A stretch of DNA of 64,000 nucleotides, from the IMG/VR virus record IMGVR_UViG_3300027810_000002, positions 96,001 to 160,000 of that record. One strand, given 5' to 3'. Each line of letters opens with the position of its first letter. Position 1 is the first letter of the stretch. The translations under genes were made by a program, and so were the position numbers. The notes below the pieces were generated by a model that saw only the letters and a program-made list of their open reading frames with translations, did not search any database and was not told the origin of the DNA. The stretch is from a virus. Below, in pieces: positions 26,299-34,944 of this stretch.

Positions 26299-27435
26299 AT
26301 GAGCATTCAAACTTTATCACAAACCGCAGTAGCAACAAGTAAACAAGAGAGCATCAACGCTCAATCTTTACGCCGCACCCTTCCTTTCAGAGACATTACG
26401 ATGATCGACGAAACAACCATCGAGTATAAAGGAACTCGTATCCCACTTACCAAGCAAGCTTTTAAATCCTTACTATCCTTAGTAGGTATGAGTCAGTCAT
26501 TCGCAGACAAATTCTCTAAGCTGTTTAACAAAGAGACTAAAGCGCAATTCATTAATACTATGAAAAACGCAATGGCATCTAATGCAGGTAAACTTAGCAA
26601 CGTTACATTGGTATTAAATCCAATTTCGAAAGCTGTGATCTTATTTACTAAAGAAGACAAGCTGCAAATCTCAAACGATCAAATGATCCAAGTTGCAGAG
26701 AACATGATCTCAGATAGTTCAATGGGAGTTTCCCGATGGACTACGGATCCAACAACAGGTATTATCACAATCGACGCTCATAACCCTAAGGCTGAGTTCG
26801 AGATCTTAGGATTAAGTGATGAGGTCTTTACAGGAGGAGTTACATTCCGTAACAGTCCACTAAAAGGATTCGAAGTTATGCCATACGTAAATCGTCAATG
26901 GTGTACTAACGGTCTAACAACAGCTATGGCACAAGAAGCATACCAACTACACTCTTTAGATAATAAGAGTATGGAAAGCTTTTTCGAGAACATGCAAGAT
27001 TTAAGACGTAACAACTACGCCCCTGAAGGATTTGCTGATCGAGTTCGTCAAGCTAACAACACACCTGCTTCACTACACGAAATGTCTTTTGCACATAACT
27101 TAATTGCAAAGCATGCTGGTGAAAGAGCAGAACAATGGGTACCTCTACAAGAGAACCTCAACGAATATAATAAAGCCGGATTTGATAAATTAACTAACGA
27201 TCAAATGAAGATGGCTAAAACTAACCAATCGCTTTGGTCAGTAATTAATGGAGTTACACACTTTAGTAGTCATGGTAAAGGTATCATCGACACTAACATG
27301 CAACCTCATAATGAAGCTGATATCCAAACACGTATTGGAAACCTATTAGGCAAAAAGAGTTTTGATCACGAAAACACAATGCCAAACCCTTTTAGTAAGG
27401 AACAGCTTCAACAGACTGGAGCTCTTCTTAACTAA
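26299..27435 (+). CDS. DUF932-like phage/plasmid protein
   Basis: GVTFRNS...RQWCTNGL and SLWSVINGVTHFSSH match DUF932 motifs. Confidence 0.65.
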   Translation: MSIQTLSQTAVATSKQESINAQSLRRTLPFRDITMIDETTIEYKGTRIPLTKQAFKSLLSLVGMSQSFADKFSKLFNKETKAQFINTMKNAMASNAGKLSNVTLVLNPISKAVILFTKEDKLQISNDQMIQVAENMISDSSMGVSRWTTDPTTGIITIDAHNPKAEFEILGLSDEVFTGGVTFRNSPLKGFEVMPYVNRQWCTNGLTTAMAQEAYQLHSLDNKSMESFFENMQDLRRNNYAPEGFADRVRQANNTPASLHEMSFAHNLIAKHAGERAEQWVPLQENLNEYNKAGFDKLTNDQMKMAKTNQSLWSVINGVTHFSSHGKGIIDTNMQPHNEADIQTRIGNLLGKKSFDHENTMPNPFSKEQLQQTGALLN

Positions 27436-27464
27436 TGTTTAGTTTGATTTTTAATTATTATTAT

Positions 27465-27495
27465 AAAAGGCAGGCGTTGTTTCCTGCCTTTTTTT
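27465..27495 (+). terminator. Intrinsic terminator
   Basis: AAAAGGCAGG/CCTGCCTTTT stem followed by T7. Confidence 0.8.
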
Positions 27496-27519
27496 ATGCA
27501 CCTCAGCCAGGGGGCCCTT

Positions 27520-27591
27520 ATCTATAATCATTATAAATTACAAATCAGTTGTCCCAAAGTTTTTTTATATCAATAAAAAGTGTTATATTTA
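27520..27591 (+). promoter_or_regulatory. Early promoter module (palindrome plus TATATTTA)
   Basis: TATAATCATTATA centred at 27529; TATATTTA at 27584. Confidence 0.75.
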
Positions 27592-27615
27592 ACTATAATT
27601 AAAAAACAAACACAT

Positions 27616-27900
27616 ATGACTTATTCACAAATCGTTACAGCTATCAACAATGCTAATCTTTCAGTAGAAGAACTAAGTAAGCTTAACTCTTTCGTAGTTG
27701 ACACTGTTAAATTAAAACGCAGAATGAATGGCGCAGTTATTAAGCAATCCCTATCTAAAGGTTCAGTAGTAATGGTAGATCATCCATCACATAAGAACTC
27801 TACATTCACGATCGATTCGGTTCGTAGAACTAAAGCAACCATCGTTGATAGTCAAGGTCGCAGAATGAATGCACCTCTATCAATGTTAATTCCAATGTAA
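27616..27900 (+). CDS. Small basic protein, possible SH3/KOW-like C-terminus
   Basis: Start moved to ATG 27616, downstream of the promoter. Confidence 0.7.
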   Translation: MTYSQIVTAINNANLSVEELSKLNSFVVDTVKLKRRMNGAVIKQSLSKGSVVMVDHPSHKNSTFTIDSVRRTKATIVDSQGRRMNAPLSMLIPM

Positions 27901-27901
27901 T

Positions 27902-27967
27902 TGTTAATAACTTTAGGGATATAATGTCCCTAAAGTTTTCCTATCCCATTAAAAAGGTTTATATTTA
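27902..27967 (+). promoter_or_regulatory. Early promoter module (TGTTAATAA box, hairpin, TATATTTA)
   Basis: Box at 27902; AACTTTAGGGA/TCCCTAAAGTT stem; core at 27960. Confidence 0.75.
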
Positions 27968-27990
27968 CATATAACATAATAACACCACAC

Positions 27991-29076
27991 ATGAAACATT
28001 ACACTATTCAAAAAACCACAAACACATATACCCTAACTGAGGTAGAATCAGGTACAACACTATCAATCGGATCAACACATCCTAAATTTGACTATGTCGC
28101 TAAAGAAGATTCTAAAGGATCAAGAATTGTTAATATCAATGGCGACAAGTTCACCTCATCTAAAGATTACAGAGGTCACTATAATAAGGCACCTAAGACT
28201 ACTAAGCTAGCTCAGCCTCTTAATATTACCTTAACAAAATTAGATGATTTAAATATCAATCAAAACTTATTTATACCTATAGAGACTAAAACAGTCTTTG
28301 ACAAATTCGCATCTACCGCCGGTGGTATTATGCCAGGTACAAACATCATGGCGGCCGGAGCCCCTGGTGTTGGTAAAACCACGGTCCTATTAGATCTATT
28401 AAGTACTGCACATGAGAGTGGTAAGAAGGTCCTATTCATCTCAGCTGAAATGTCTCAGATAGATATGGCCCGCTACTTACAACGTTTTCCTCACTGGGGT
28501 CAGTTACCAATCTTATTCCTTGCAGACTATGTGGATGAATGTCCAAAGTCTGTAATCGAACAAGTATTAAGCACTGGCTGGGATATTGTCCTAACCGATT
28601 CATACACTGAAGTTAACGACACCGTAAAGGAAGCTTGTAACCTAACCCGTGGTAAAGTAGAAAAATGGTTCCTAGATCTTATGATCTCAAATAACAAAGG
28701 CGGTAACAAGCCTGGAATCTACACAACCTTTATAACAATCTTACAATTATCTAAAGGAGGTCAATTCGTCGGATCTAACAAACTAAAACACATGACCACT
28801 AGTATGATGAGCCTAGATTGGGAAGGTGGAGAAAACGCCGGTCGTAGATATATGGAATTCTCTAAAAACCGAGTAGGTGCAGTAAACAAGAAACTCTACT
28901 TCTCTATAGAGGGTGGAGTAAGTTTTGACGAAGCCAGATATGTACGAGATCTTTTTAACGACGAGCTAGTATCTACGGAACGCAAGCAATTAGAAACAGA
29001 AGCGGATGCCTTCGACAAGTTATTCGGATTTAACGAGGCAGATGTAGAAGACTTAGAAGCTCATATCGAAATATAA
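27991..29076 (+). CDS. RadA/Sms-like RecA-superfamily ATPase (no Zn finger or Lon-like domain)
   Basis: GAPGVGKTT, VLFISAE, LTDS, LKHM and KNRVG (RadA KNRFG motif). Confidence 0.75.
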   Translation: MKHYTIQKTTNTYTLTEVESGTTLSIGSTHPKFDYVAKEDSKGSRIVNINGDKFTSSKDYRGHYNKAPKTTKLAQPLNITLTKLDDLNINQNLFIPIETKTVFDKFASTAGGIMPGTNIMAAGAPGVGKTTVLLDLLSTAHESGKKVLFISAEMSQIDMARYLQRFPHWGQLPILFLADYVDECPKSVIEQVLSTGWDIVLTDSYTEVNDTVKEACNLTRGKVEKWFLDLMISNNKGGNKPGIYTTFITILQLSKGGQFVGSNKLKHMTTSMMSLDWEGGENAGRRYMEFSKNRVGAVNKKLYFSIEGGVSFDEARYVRDLFNDELVSTERKQLETEADAFDKLFGFNEADVEDLEAHIEI

Positions 29077-29630
29077 GGGTCCTAGGATCCTAAGCCTGCC
29101 CCCTGGTTATGTGGTGTTTCCTGGGGGTTTGGTGTATTCGGAGTACTGGGATGCAGTCATGGTAAAAAACGCTCCTCAGGTGTGAGTCAATTGGCGTTGG
29201 GGTTTAAGGTTCCTACAGGGACTTTACTTGGAGCTTTACTAGGGAGTACCCTTGGATTACTAGGAGGATCCTTACAGGCTTACCTATGTTTCTTATATCT
29301 CTATTAGGTTATTATAGGAGAGTATGAGTTCTTATACTTCTATTACTAGGATCCGTATTACCTGGATAGTTGTTTGCTTGGTCTTGCTTATCTCTTATAT
29401 CTTTCTCTTGTTTCTTATTGTTCTTACTTAGATTCTTATTCTTATCTCTTCTTTGTTATCTATTATGTATGATATCTTTGGTCACGTGCGTGGGTCCATT
29501 TTACAAGAATCTTTGCATGCTTGGGTGGTTTGTAGTGTGGTCGGTCAAACGGATTGATATTCTACAGGTATTTAGGATCGGGTTCTTAAGGAGTGAGCCT
29601 ATATATACCTCTTCTTTTTGTACCCTTATT
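29077..29630. other. Non-coding tract: GC-richer palindrome-rich part followed by a pyrimidine-rich part
   Basis: No credible ORF; T/C-dominated plus strand at ~29375-29470. Confidence 0.55.
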
Positions 29631-29699
29631 TGGAATCATTATAAATTAAGAAAGTTTATCACCTAGGTTTTTTTATATCAATAATTAGTGTTATATTTA
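29628..29699 (+). promoter_or_regulatory. Early promoter module (degenerate palindrome plus TATATTTA)
   Basis: ATTTGGAATCATTATAAAT centred at 29637; core at 29692. Confidence 0.75.
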
Positions 29700-29727
29700 C
29701 TATATAATAATTAAAACAACTAACATT

Positions 29728-30105
29728 ATGCCGTACATTACCAAAGATCAAGTTACCCAAAAAAGAAAAGAATTGAAAGCTGCCTTACCTAACTACAAGT
29801 TATCTATTACTACTGAACATTATTCTGGTATTAAGGTTGCTATCATGTCTGGTCCTACTGATCTTGGAACTGAATACTCTCAACTTAATCCAAACATGGA
29901 TTATAGAGAGGAAACTTGGAACCGCTATACTGAAGAATACGATTCTAATCCTCCTATACAAGATTTATTAGATATTATTATGCCTATATTAAATGAAGGC
30001 AAAGGAGCTTCACATGAAGATAGCGATTATGGATCTATTCCTGATTATTATACTTGGGTTCATGTTGGTAAATGGGATAAAGCTTATGAAATTAAAACTA
30101 AATAA
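29728..30105 (+). CDS. LPD29-like protein
   Basis: LKAALPNYKLSI...IKVAIMSGP...DSDYGSIPDYY pattern. Confidence 0.55.
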   Translation: MPYITKDQVTQKRKELKAALPNYKLSITTEHYSGIKVAIMSGPTDLGTEYSQLNPNMDYREETWNRYTEEYDSNPPIQDLLDIIMPILNEGKGASHEDSDYGSIPDYYTWVHVGKWDKAYEIKTK

Positions 30106-30107
30106 TT

Positions 30108-30407
30108 ATGGAAAGAATAGAACAAATTAAAATAGTAAAAGGAATAGTAGAAGATTCATTTGATGAGAATGCAATGTATACTGGAATAGACGATATGAAT
30201 GAAGAAAATAAAGCACATATCATAAACATAGGAACTTCAATCTTATGTACTAAATGGCAAATAGGATTTGAAGGAGGAGGCTTTGTACAATCAGTTGTTG
30301 ATAATAATCTTATGAAAGCAGTTGGAAGCGCAGATGGAACATCACTTAGAGGTTTAAAATTCTTTGCATCTTTACTATACAATACAGTTAAACCAAACTT
30401 TGAATAA
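30108..30407 (+). CDS. Hypothetical protein
   Basis: 99 aa; GGGFVQSVVDNNLMKAVGSAD motif. Confidence 0.7.
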   Translation: MERIEQIKIVKGIVEDSFDENAMYTGIDDMNEENKAHIINIGTSILCTKWQIGFEGGGFVQSVVDNNLMKAVGSADGTSLRGLKFFASLLYNTVKPNFE

Positions 30408-30408
30408 T

Positions 30409-31473
30409 ATGAAAATTAAATTTATTGTAATCGCATTTTTTGTAGTAGCTACATGTAATGCACAAAAAACTCTTGTATCTGATATCACGGATGCGGATCT
30501 AAGTAATACAGAACAATCTGGATTTGTAAATTGGGATTTCACCAATAATACAACCGGATATGCCTGGACATGGGGAGCTCCTGGCATGTTAGTTTATGGA
30601 GATACTCCTGAAATGTGTTATGATATAGAAGCTGAAATTAAAAATGTATCTCACGTATGGGGAGCTGGCATCTCTATTGGAGTAAATGAATCCTCATCAG
30701 ATAGTGAACTAAAGTATAATGGTATTAATAACTATTATTTGTCAGTTGAAGATAATGCGGTTGGATTATTTAAAGGAACTAATAATACACAAGAAGATTT
30801 CATAGCCGATACGCTTGTATATGTAGGTGTCGAAATTGATCAAACAGAATGGCATAAACTAAGATTAAAAATAGAAGCAGATACTATATATGGATACGTT
30901 AACGATGTCTTATACATTAGCCATAAAGTAGATAATATACAAAAGAATGGTAAGTTTGCTATAGTATCTTCTAATAGTGAAAATACATATAAGAATATAA
31001 AAGCAAGATATCATAAAGATCCTTACTATATTAGTAGTGATACTATTGTAGAATTTGTAAGTGATGTTAATCATCCAGAATGGAATAACTTACCTGTCAC
31101 TCGATTAGATGATGTTGAAACTGTAGTAGAAGCCGATGGATTAGATCATTTTATAAGCCACTATATACAATATAAAGAATCCGAATCAATTGATATACCC
31201 GATGATGTTGTTGATTGTAATTGTATTTGCCCAGAAGTAACTACTTTATCGATATATCCAAATCCAGTATCTGAATATGTTAACGTAAGTATACAACAAC
31301 CCGAAGGAACATTAAAGATTTATAGCATGCATGGCGCAATCGCTAGATCATACGACTTAACGTATGGAATTAATAGAATAGATATGACAAGATATCCAAT
31401 AGGACATTATTTATTCAAAGTAGAATACGAAGGAAGAAAAGCATTAATAGAAAAGATAATAGTAACTCATTAA
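30409..31473 (+). CDS. Secreted ConA/DUF1080-like protein with T9SS type A C-terminal sorting domain
   Basis: Signal peptide MKIKFIVIAFFVVATCNA-Q; WHKLRLKI...YVND...YKNI beta-sandwich; IYPNPVSEYVNV...IYSMHG...IDMTRYPIGHYLFKV...KIIV. Confidence 0.85.
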   Translation: MKIKFIVIAFFVVATCNAQKTLVSDITDADLSNTEQSGFVNWDFTNNTTGYAWTWGAPGMLVYGDTPEMCYDIEAEIKNVSHVWGAGISIGVNESSSDSELKYNGINNYYLSVEDNAVGLFKGTNNTQEDFIADTLVYVGVEIDQTEWHKLRLKIEADTIYGYVNDVLYISHKVDNIQKNGKFAIVSSNSENTYKNIKARYHKDPYYISSDTIVEFVSDVNHPEWNNLPVTRLDDVETVVEADGLDHFISHYIQYKESESIDIPDDVVDCNCICPEVTTLSIYPNPVSEYVNVSIQQPEGTLKIYSMHGAIARSYDLTYGINRIDMTRYPIGHYLFKVEYEGRKALIEKIIVTH

Positions 31474-31479
31474 CATTTT

Positions 31480-32073
31480 ATGATAATATATGTTGCACCC
31501 CCTCGAGGGATTCAAGAAAAACAAGATTGCTTTAATTGGCTAACGCACTACGGCCATGAAGTCGTTTGGTTAGATTTAAGACGTAAAGTCAAAGGCCCTC
31601 TACTCCTATGTGGAGGCGCTGATATCGGTAAAGACCAAGAACGTGATGATCGAGAAGATATTTGGATTAAACAAACCCTTGCTGATGGATATCCTATTAT
31701 TGGTCTTTGTCGAGGCATGCAAGTTTTAAACTCTTATTTTGGAGGTGTTGTTGAAGATCTTAGTGATCTCATAGTAGAAGATCATAAAGCTGCTGATTTT
31801 TCAGAAAATACTGATCACAGTGGAAAACCTTCACAATTTCACACAGTAGAAGATTTAGATGGTAAATTAATAAATGTTAATTCTCGACACCATCAACATT
31901 GTTCAGTAATAGCAGACAATTTCAAAGCCACACATCTTTCATATCCTTTATATTCCGTAGTAGAGGGGTTTGAAGATGTTGATCAAAGGATTTGGGCTGT
32001 ACAGTGGCATCCTGAAAAAATGGAATCAGAAGATAATGAATATCCTTTAAATAAACTAATTAATTTAAGATAA
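31480..32073 (+). CDS. Class I glutamine amidotransferase / peptidase C26 family
   Basis: GGADI, GLCRGMQ, VNSRHHQ, AVQWHPE. Confidence 0.9.
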   Translation: MIIYVAPPRGIQEKQDCFNWLTHYGHEVVWLDLRRKVKGPLLLCGGADIGKDQERDDREDIWIKQTLADGYPIIGLCRGMQVLNSYFGGVVEDLSDLIVEDHKAADFSENTDHSGKPSQFHTVEDLDGKLINVNSRHHQHCSVIADNFKATHLSYPLYSVVEGFEDVDQRIWAVQWHPEKMESEDNEYPLNKLINLR

Positions 32074-32327
32074 TGGACCAAAACATGATACTAAGATCTG
32101 GCAAATATCAAGGATATACTGTCAGAGAAGCTTATAGAAAAGATCCTTCGTATATTAGATGGGTTATTGAAAATATACCAGCAATGTTAAAGAACCACGG
32201 TCCTAGGAGAAAAACCAAAGCCGTAGAATCTCGGAAACCATTTGAGTATAAGCAACCACCTGATGTTGAAAAGACTATAGAAAATGGTTGGATTCCACCT
32301 GGTAACGTGGAAGATGCATTTTTTTAA
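32073..32327 (+). CDS. Small protein with GKYxG...PSYxxW motif (DUF3820/ExoX C-terminal-like)
   Basis: SGKYQGYTV...DPSYIRWV. Confidence 0.6.
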   Translation: MDQNMILRSGKYQGYTVREAYRKDPSYIRWVIENIPAMLKNHGPRRKTKAVESRKPFEYKQPPDVEKTIENGWIPPGNVEDAFF

Positions 32328-32340
32328 AAATAAATGCACA

Positions 32341-32376
32341 AAAGTTTTTTTATCCCAATAAAAAGTGTTATATTTA
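32341..32376 (+). promoter_or_regulatory. Early promoter core
   Basis: aaagttttttt...caataaaaagtgtTATATTTA, core at 32369. Confidence 0.75.
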
Positions 32377-32400
32377 ACTATAATTAAAAAACAATAAATT

Positions 32401-32688
32401 ATGAAAACAAAAAAACTAGTTTGGGAATTAGAATCTTCTATCTACTTATTAGATGAAATCGTTCAAAAATATAAGTCAGTTGACTTTGGAATACTAAAAG
32501 GTAGTATTGCTGCCTATATAGGAGTTACTAAAGGATCTGTTAATATGGCTATAGGAAATATGAAGTATATTTTATCTGATGGTGGTGAAGGTCTTTCTGC
32601 CTATACAACTCGACAGGAGGAAGCTGTTAAGCTTACTTTAGAGAAATATGATTTGAGTGCGAAAAAACTATTAATGATCCTATCTTAG
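32401..32688 (+). CDS. Hypothetical protein, possible HTH
   Basis: IAAYIGVTKGSVNMAI resembles an HTH recognition helix. Confidence 0.6.
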   Translation: MKTKKLVWELESSIYLLDEIVQKYKSVDFGILKGSIAAYIGVTKGSVNMAIGNMKYILSDGGEGLSAYTTRQEEAVKLTLEKYDLSAKKLLMILS

Positions 32689-32690
32689 AT

Positions 32691-32756
32691 TGTTAATAAC
32701 TTTGTGAAAATAACTTAACAAAAGTTTTCGTATATCAATAAAAAGAGTTATATTTA
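32691..32756 (+). promoter_or_regulatory. Early promoter module (TGTTAATAA box plus TATATTTA)
   Basis: Box at 32691, core at 32749. Confidence 0.75.
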
Positions 32757-32779
32757 ACTATAATTAAAAACAAACAGAT

Positions 32780-33103
32780 ATGAACAAATTAGAAACATTA
32801 GGACTGACCAACGTAACTTCAAAAACTCAAAAAAAGAATGGTACTGAATGTTATTATGATCCAATCGCTGATTGTGATTACTTAAGCTATCGAAGTGGAT
32901 ATGTTCGTAGAGCATATACTAAAGCTACTCACTATTCTTCTAGACTACACCGAACTATTTATCAATTGAATCCTCAGAGAAAAGCAAGAAGATTCTGGAA
33001 TGAAACGGAATATGAAGTTACTGAAAGAATATTAATCCATAATCCTGGATATAGAATTCACTTATTAACAAGAGCTGTTGTAAATTATAGAAATAAAAAA
33101 TAA
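32780..33103 (+). CDS. Hypothetical basic protein
   Basis: 107 aa behind a promoter module. Confidence 0.7.
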   Translation: MNKLETLGLTNVTSKTQKKNGTECYYDPIADCDYLSYRSGYVRRAYTKATHYSSRLHRTIYQLNPQRKARRFWNETEYEVTERILIHNPGYRIHLLTRAVVNYRNKK

Positions 33104-33114
33104 TAAACTTTAAT

Positions 33115-33201
33115 ATGATAATTGAATGGATTATAGTAGGTTCTATTCTAGTAGCATGGAATGCCTTTCTAATTATTAAAATGCGTAAACAAGATAAATA
33201 G
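33115..33201 (+). CDS. Single-pass membrane microprotein (28 aa)
   Basis: MIIEWIIVGSILVAWNAFLIIKMRKQDK fills the gap before glnS. Confidence 0.55.
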   Translation: MIIEWIIVGSILVAWNAFLIIKMRKQDK

Positions 33202-33205
33202 ATTA

Positions 33206-34735
33206 ATGAATTTTATAGAAGAAATAATCGAGAGTGGAGATACTTCTAAGCTGATGTTTAGATTTCCACCTGAACCAAACGGACACTTACATTTAGGACA
33301 TGCCAAAGCGATTTGTCTTAATTTTGATCTAGCACATAAATATAAAACCGGATGTAATCTTAGATTTGATGATACAAATCCTATTGCAGAAAATTCTATA
33401 TTTGTAGATTCTATAATAGAAGATATTGCTTGGTTAGGTTATCGACCTACTGAAGTCGAAGAAACTAGTAACTATTTCAAACTTATACAAAGATGTGCTA
33501 CTCAATTAATTATAGAGGGTAATGCGTATATGGATGATTCAACCTCTGAAGAGATAGCTGAATTAAAAGGAGATCTTGAAAATCCAGGAACTGATTCACC
33601 ATATCGGAGCAGAACTATCGCAGATAATCTTGAAGAGTTTAGGAAACTATGTGAAGGCAGTGTTAAAACGGTTCTTAGAGCTAAAATAGATATGGCAGAT
33701 CCTAATTTATTAATGAGAGATCCTGTTATCTATAGATCTATTGATGCTCCTCATCATAACACAGGTACTGAATTTAAAGCGTATCCTATGTATGATTTTG
33801 CACATCCAATTTCAGATTGGAAAGAAGATATCACACATTCACTATGTACTTTAGAATTTGAAGCACATCGACCTTTTTATAATTGGACTCTTGATAAATT
33901 ATTTGATACTAGTGTTTTTGGTCCTAATCCTCGTCAAATTGAGTTTTCAAGATTAAACGTCGAAGGAATGATATTGAGTAAGCGGTATCTGAAGAAAATG
34001 GTAGAAGATGGAATAGTTGATGGATGGGACGATCCTAGAATGCCAACATTGAAAGGATTGAAGCGTCGTGGATTTACTCCAGATTCTATTAGAAACTTTT
34101 GTGAAAAGGTTGGGATCTCTAAGAGAGAGTCTCAAATTGAGCGATCTTTATTAGATGGATGTTTACGTGATGATTTAAATAAGATCGCAGAACGTCGCAT
34201 GGTAGTTAAAGATCCAATTAAACTAACAATTGTTGGTGATTTTAAACCAGGGTTTGCTGCTCTTGAAAATAATCCAGAATCATCTGTAATATCAGCTCGT
34301 CGAGTAAATTACACTGATCAGTTTTGGATTGAGAGAGAAGACTTTAGACCTACTGCAAATAGGAAGTATAAGAGACTTAAGCTAGGTACTAATGTTCGCT
34401 TAAAAGGTGTCTGTATAGTCAAGGCGATCGATTATACTGAAATTGATGGAGTTATCACTGAAGTATTTTGTGAACATTATCCAGATAGTTTTTCAGGTAT
34501 GGAAACAGAAATTAAAGCTAAAGGGGTTATTCACTGGGTAGATAGACAGTCATGTATTTCATTAAATTTAAATCATTTTGATGATATGAATAAATCTACA
34601 AATGTATCATTCGGTGAACCTTTATTGAGACTAGAATACGAAAAACCAGTACAATTTATTCGACATGGTTACTATATGAAAGATGGAGACAGCTGGAACC
34701 ATTCAGTTTCTTTAAAAAGTAGTTATAAGGGGTGA
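33206..34735 (+). CDS. glnS: Glutaminyl-tRNA synthetase
   Basis: RFPPEPNGHLHLGHAK (HIGH), RFDDTNP, YPMYDFAH, THSLCTLEF, LSKR, GWDDPRMPT, KGVIHWV. Confidence 0.95.
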   Translation: MNFIEEIIESGDTSKLMFRFPPEPNGHLHLGHAKAICLNFDLAHKYKTGCNLRFDDTNPIAENSIFVDSIIEDIAWLGYRPTEVEETSNYFKLIQRCATQLIIEGNAYMDDSTSEEIAELKGDLENPGTDSPYRSRTIADNLEEFRKLCEGSVKTVLRAKIDMADPNLLMRDPVIYRSIDAPHHNTGTEFKAYPMYDFAHPISDWKEDITHSLCTLEFEAHRPFYNWTLDKLFDTSVFGPNPRQIEFSRLNVEGMILSKRYLKKMVEDGIVDGWDDPRMPTLKGLKRRGFTPDSIRNFCEKVGISKRESQIERSLLDGCLRDDLNKIAERRMVVKDPIKLTIVGDFKPGFAALENNPESSVISARRVNYTDQFWIEREDFRPTANRKYKRLKLGTNVRLKGVCIVKAIDYTEIDGVITEVFCEHYPDSFSGMETEIKAKGVIHWVDRQSCISLNLNHFDDMNKSTNVSFGEPLLRLEYEKPVQFIRHGYYMKDGDSWNHSVSLKSSYKG

Positions 34736-34769
34736 TTCTGTAGATATATAAAGAAAACAGATCAAAACC

Positions 34770-34853
34770 ATGATGATATTTTGCATTGTATTCCTAGCAG
34801 TTAGTTTTGTAATTGGCGTTCATATGCTAACAGAACATAGAAACCGCAAGTAA
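34770..34853 (+). CDS. Single-pass membrane microprotein (27 aa)
   Basis: MMIFCIVFLAVSFVIGVHMLTEHRNRK; GATATATA at 34743. Confidence 0.5.
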   Translation: MMIFCIVFLAVSFVIGVHMLTEHRNRK

Positions 34854-34854
34854 T

Positions 34855-34920
34855 TGTTAATAACTTTTTTAAAATAAGTGAGCTAGTATTTTTCTAGTTC
34901 ACTTTTTTTGCTTATATTTA
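34855..34920 (+). promoter_or_regulatory. Early promoter module (TGTTAATAA box, hairpin, TATATTTA)
   Basis: Box at 34855; AAGTGAGCTAG/CTAGTTCACTT stem; core at 34913. Confidence 0.7.
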
Positions 34921-34944
34921 TACTATAATTAAAAGATAATCAAT

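Noticed and set aside
25412-27615. ORF-track starts at 25453 and 27580 (MLYL...)
   Set aside because: These GTG starts lie inside the repeated promoter (gtgtTATATTTA); downstream ATGs at 25411 and 27616 are preferred.
29370-29666. 98-aa hydrophobic plus-strand ORF
   Set aside because: TTG start, produced by a T-rich tract, and overlaps the next promoter module.
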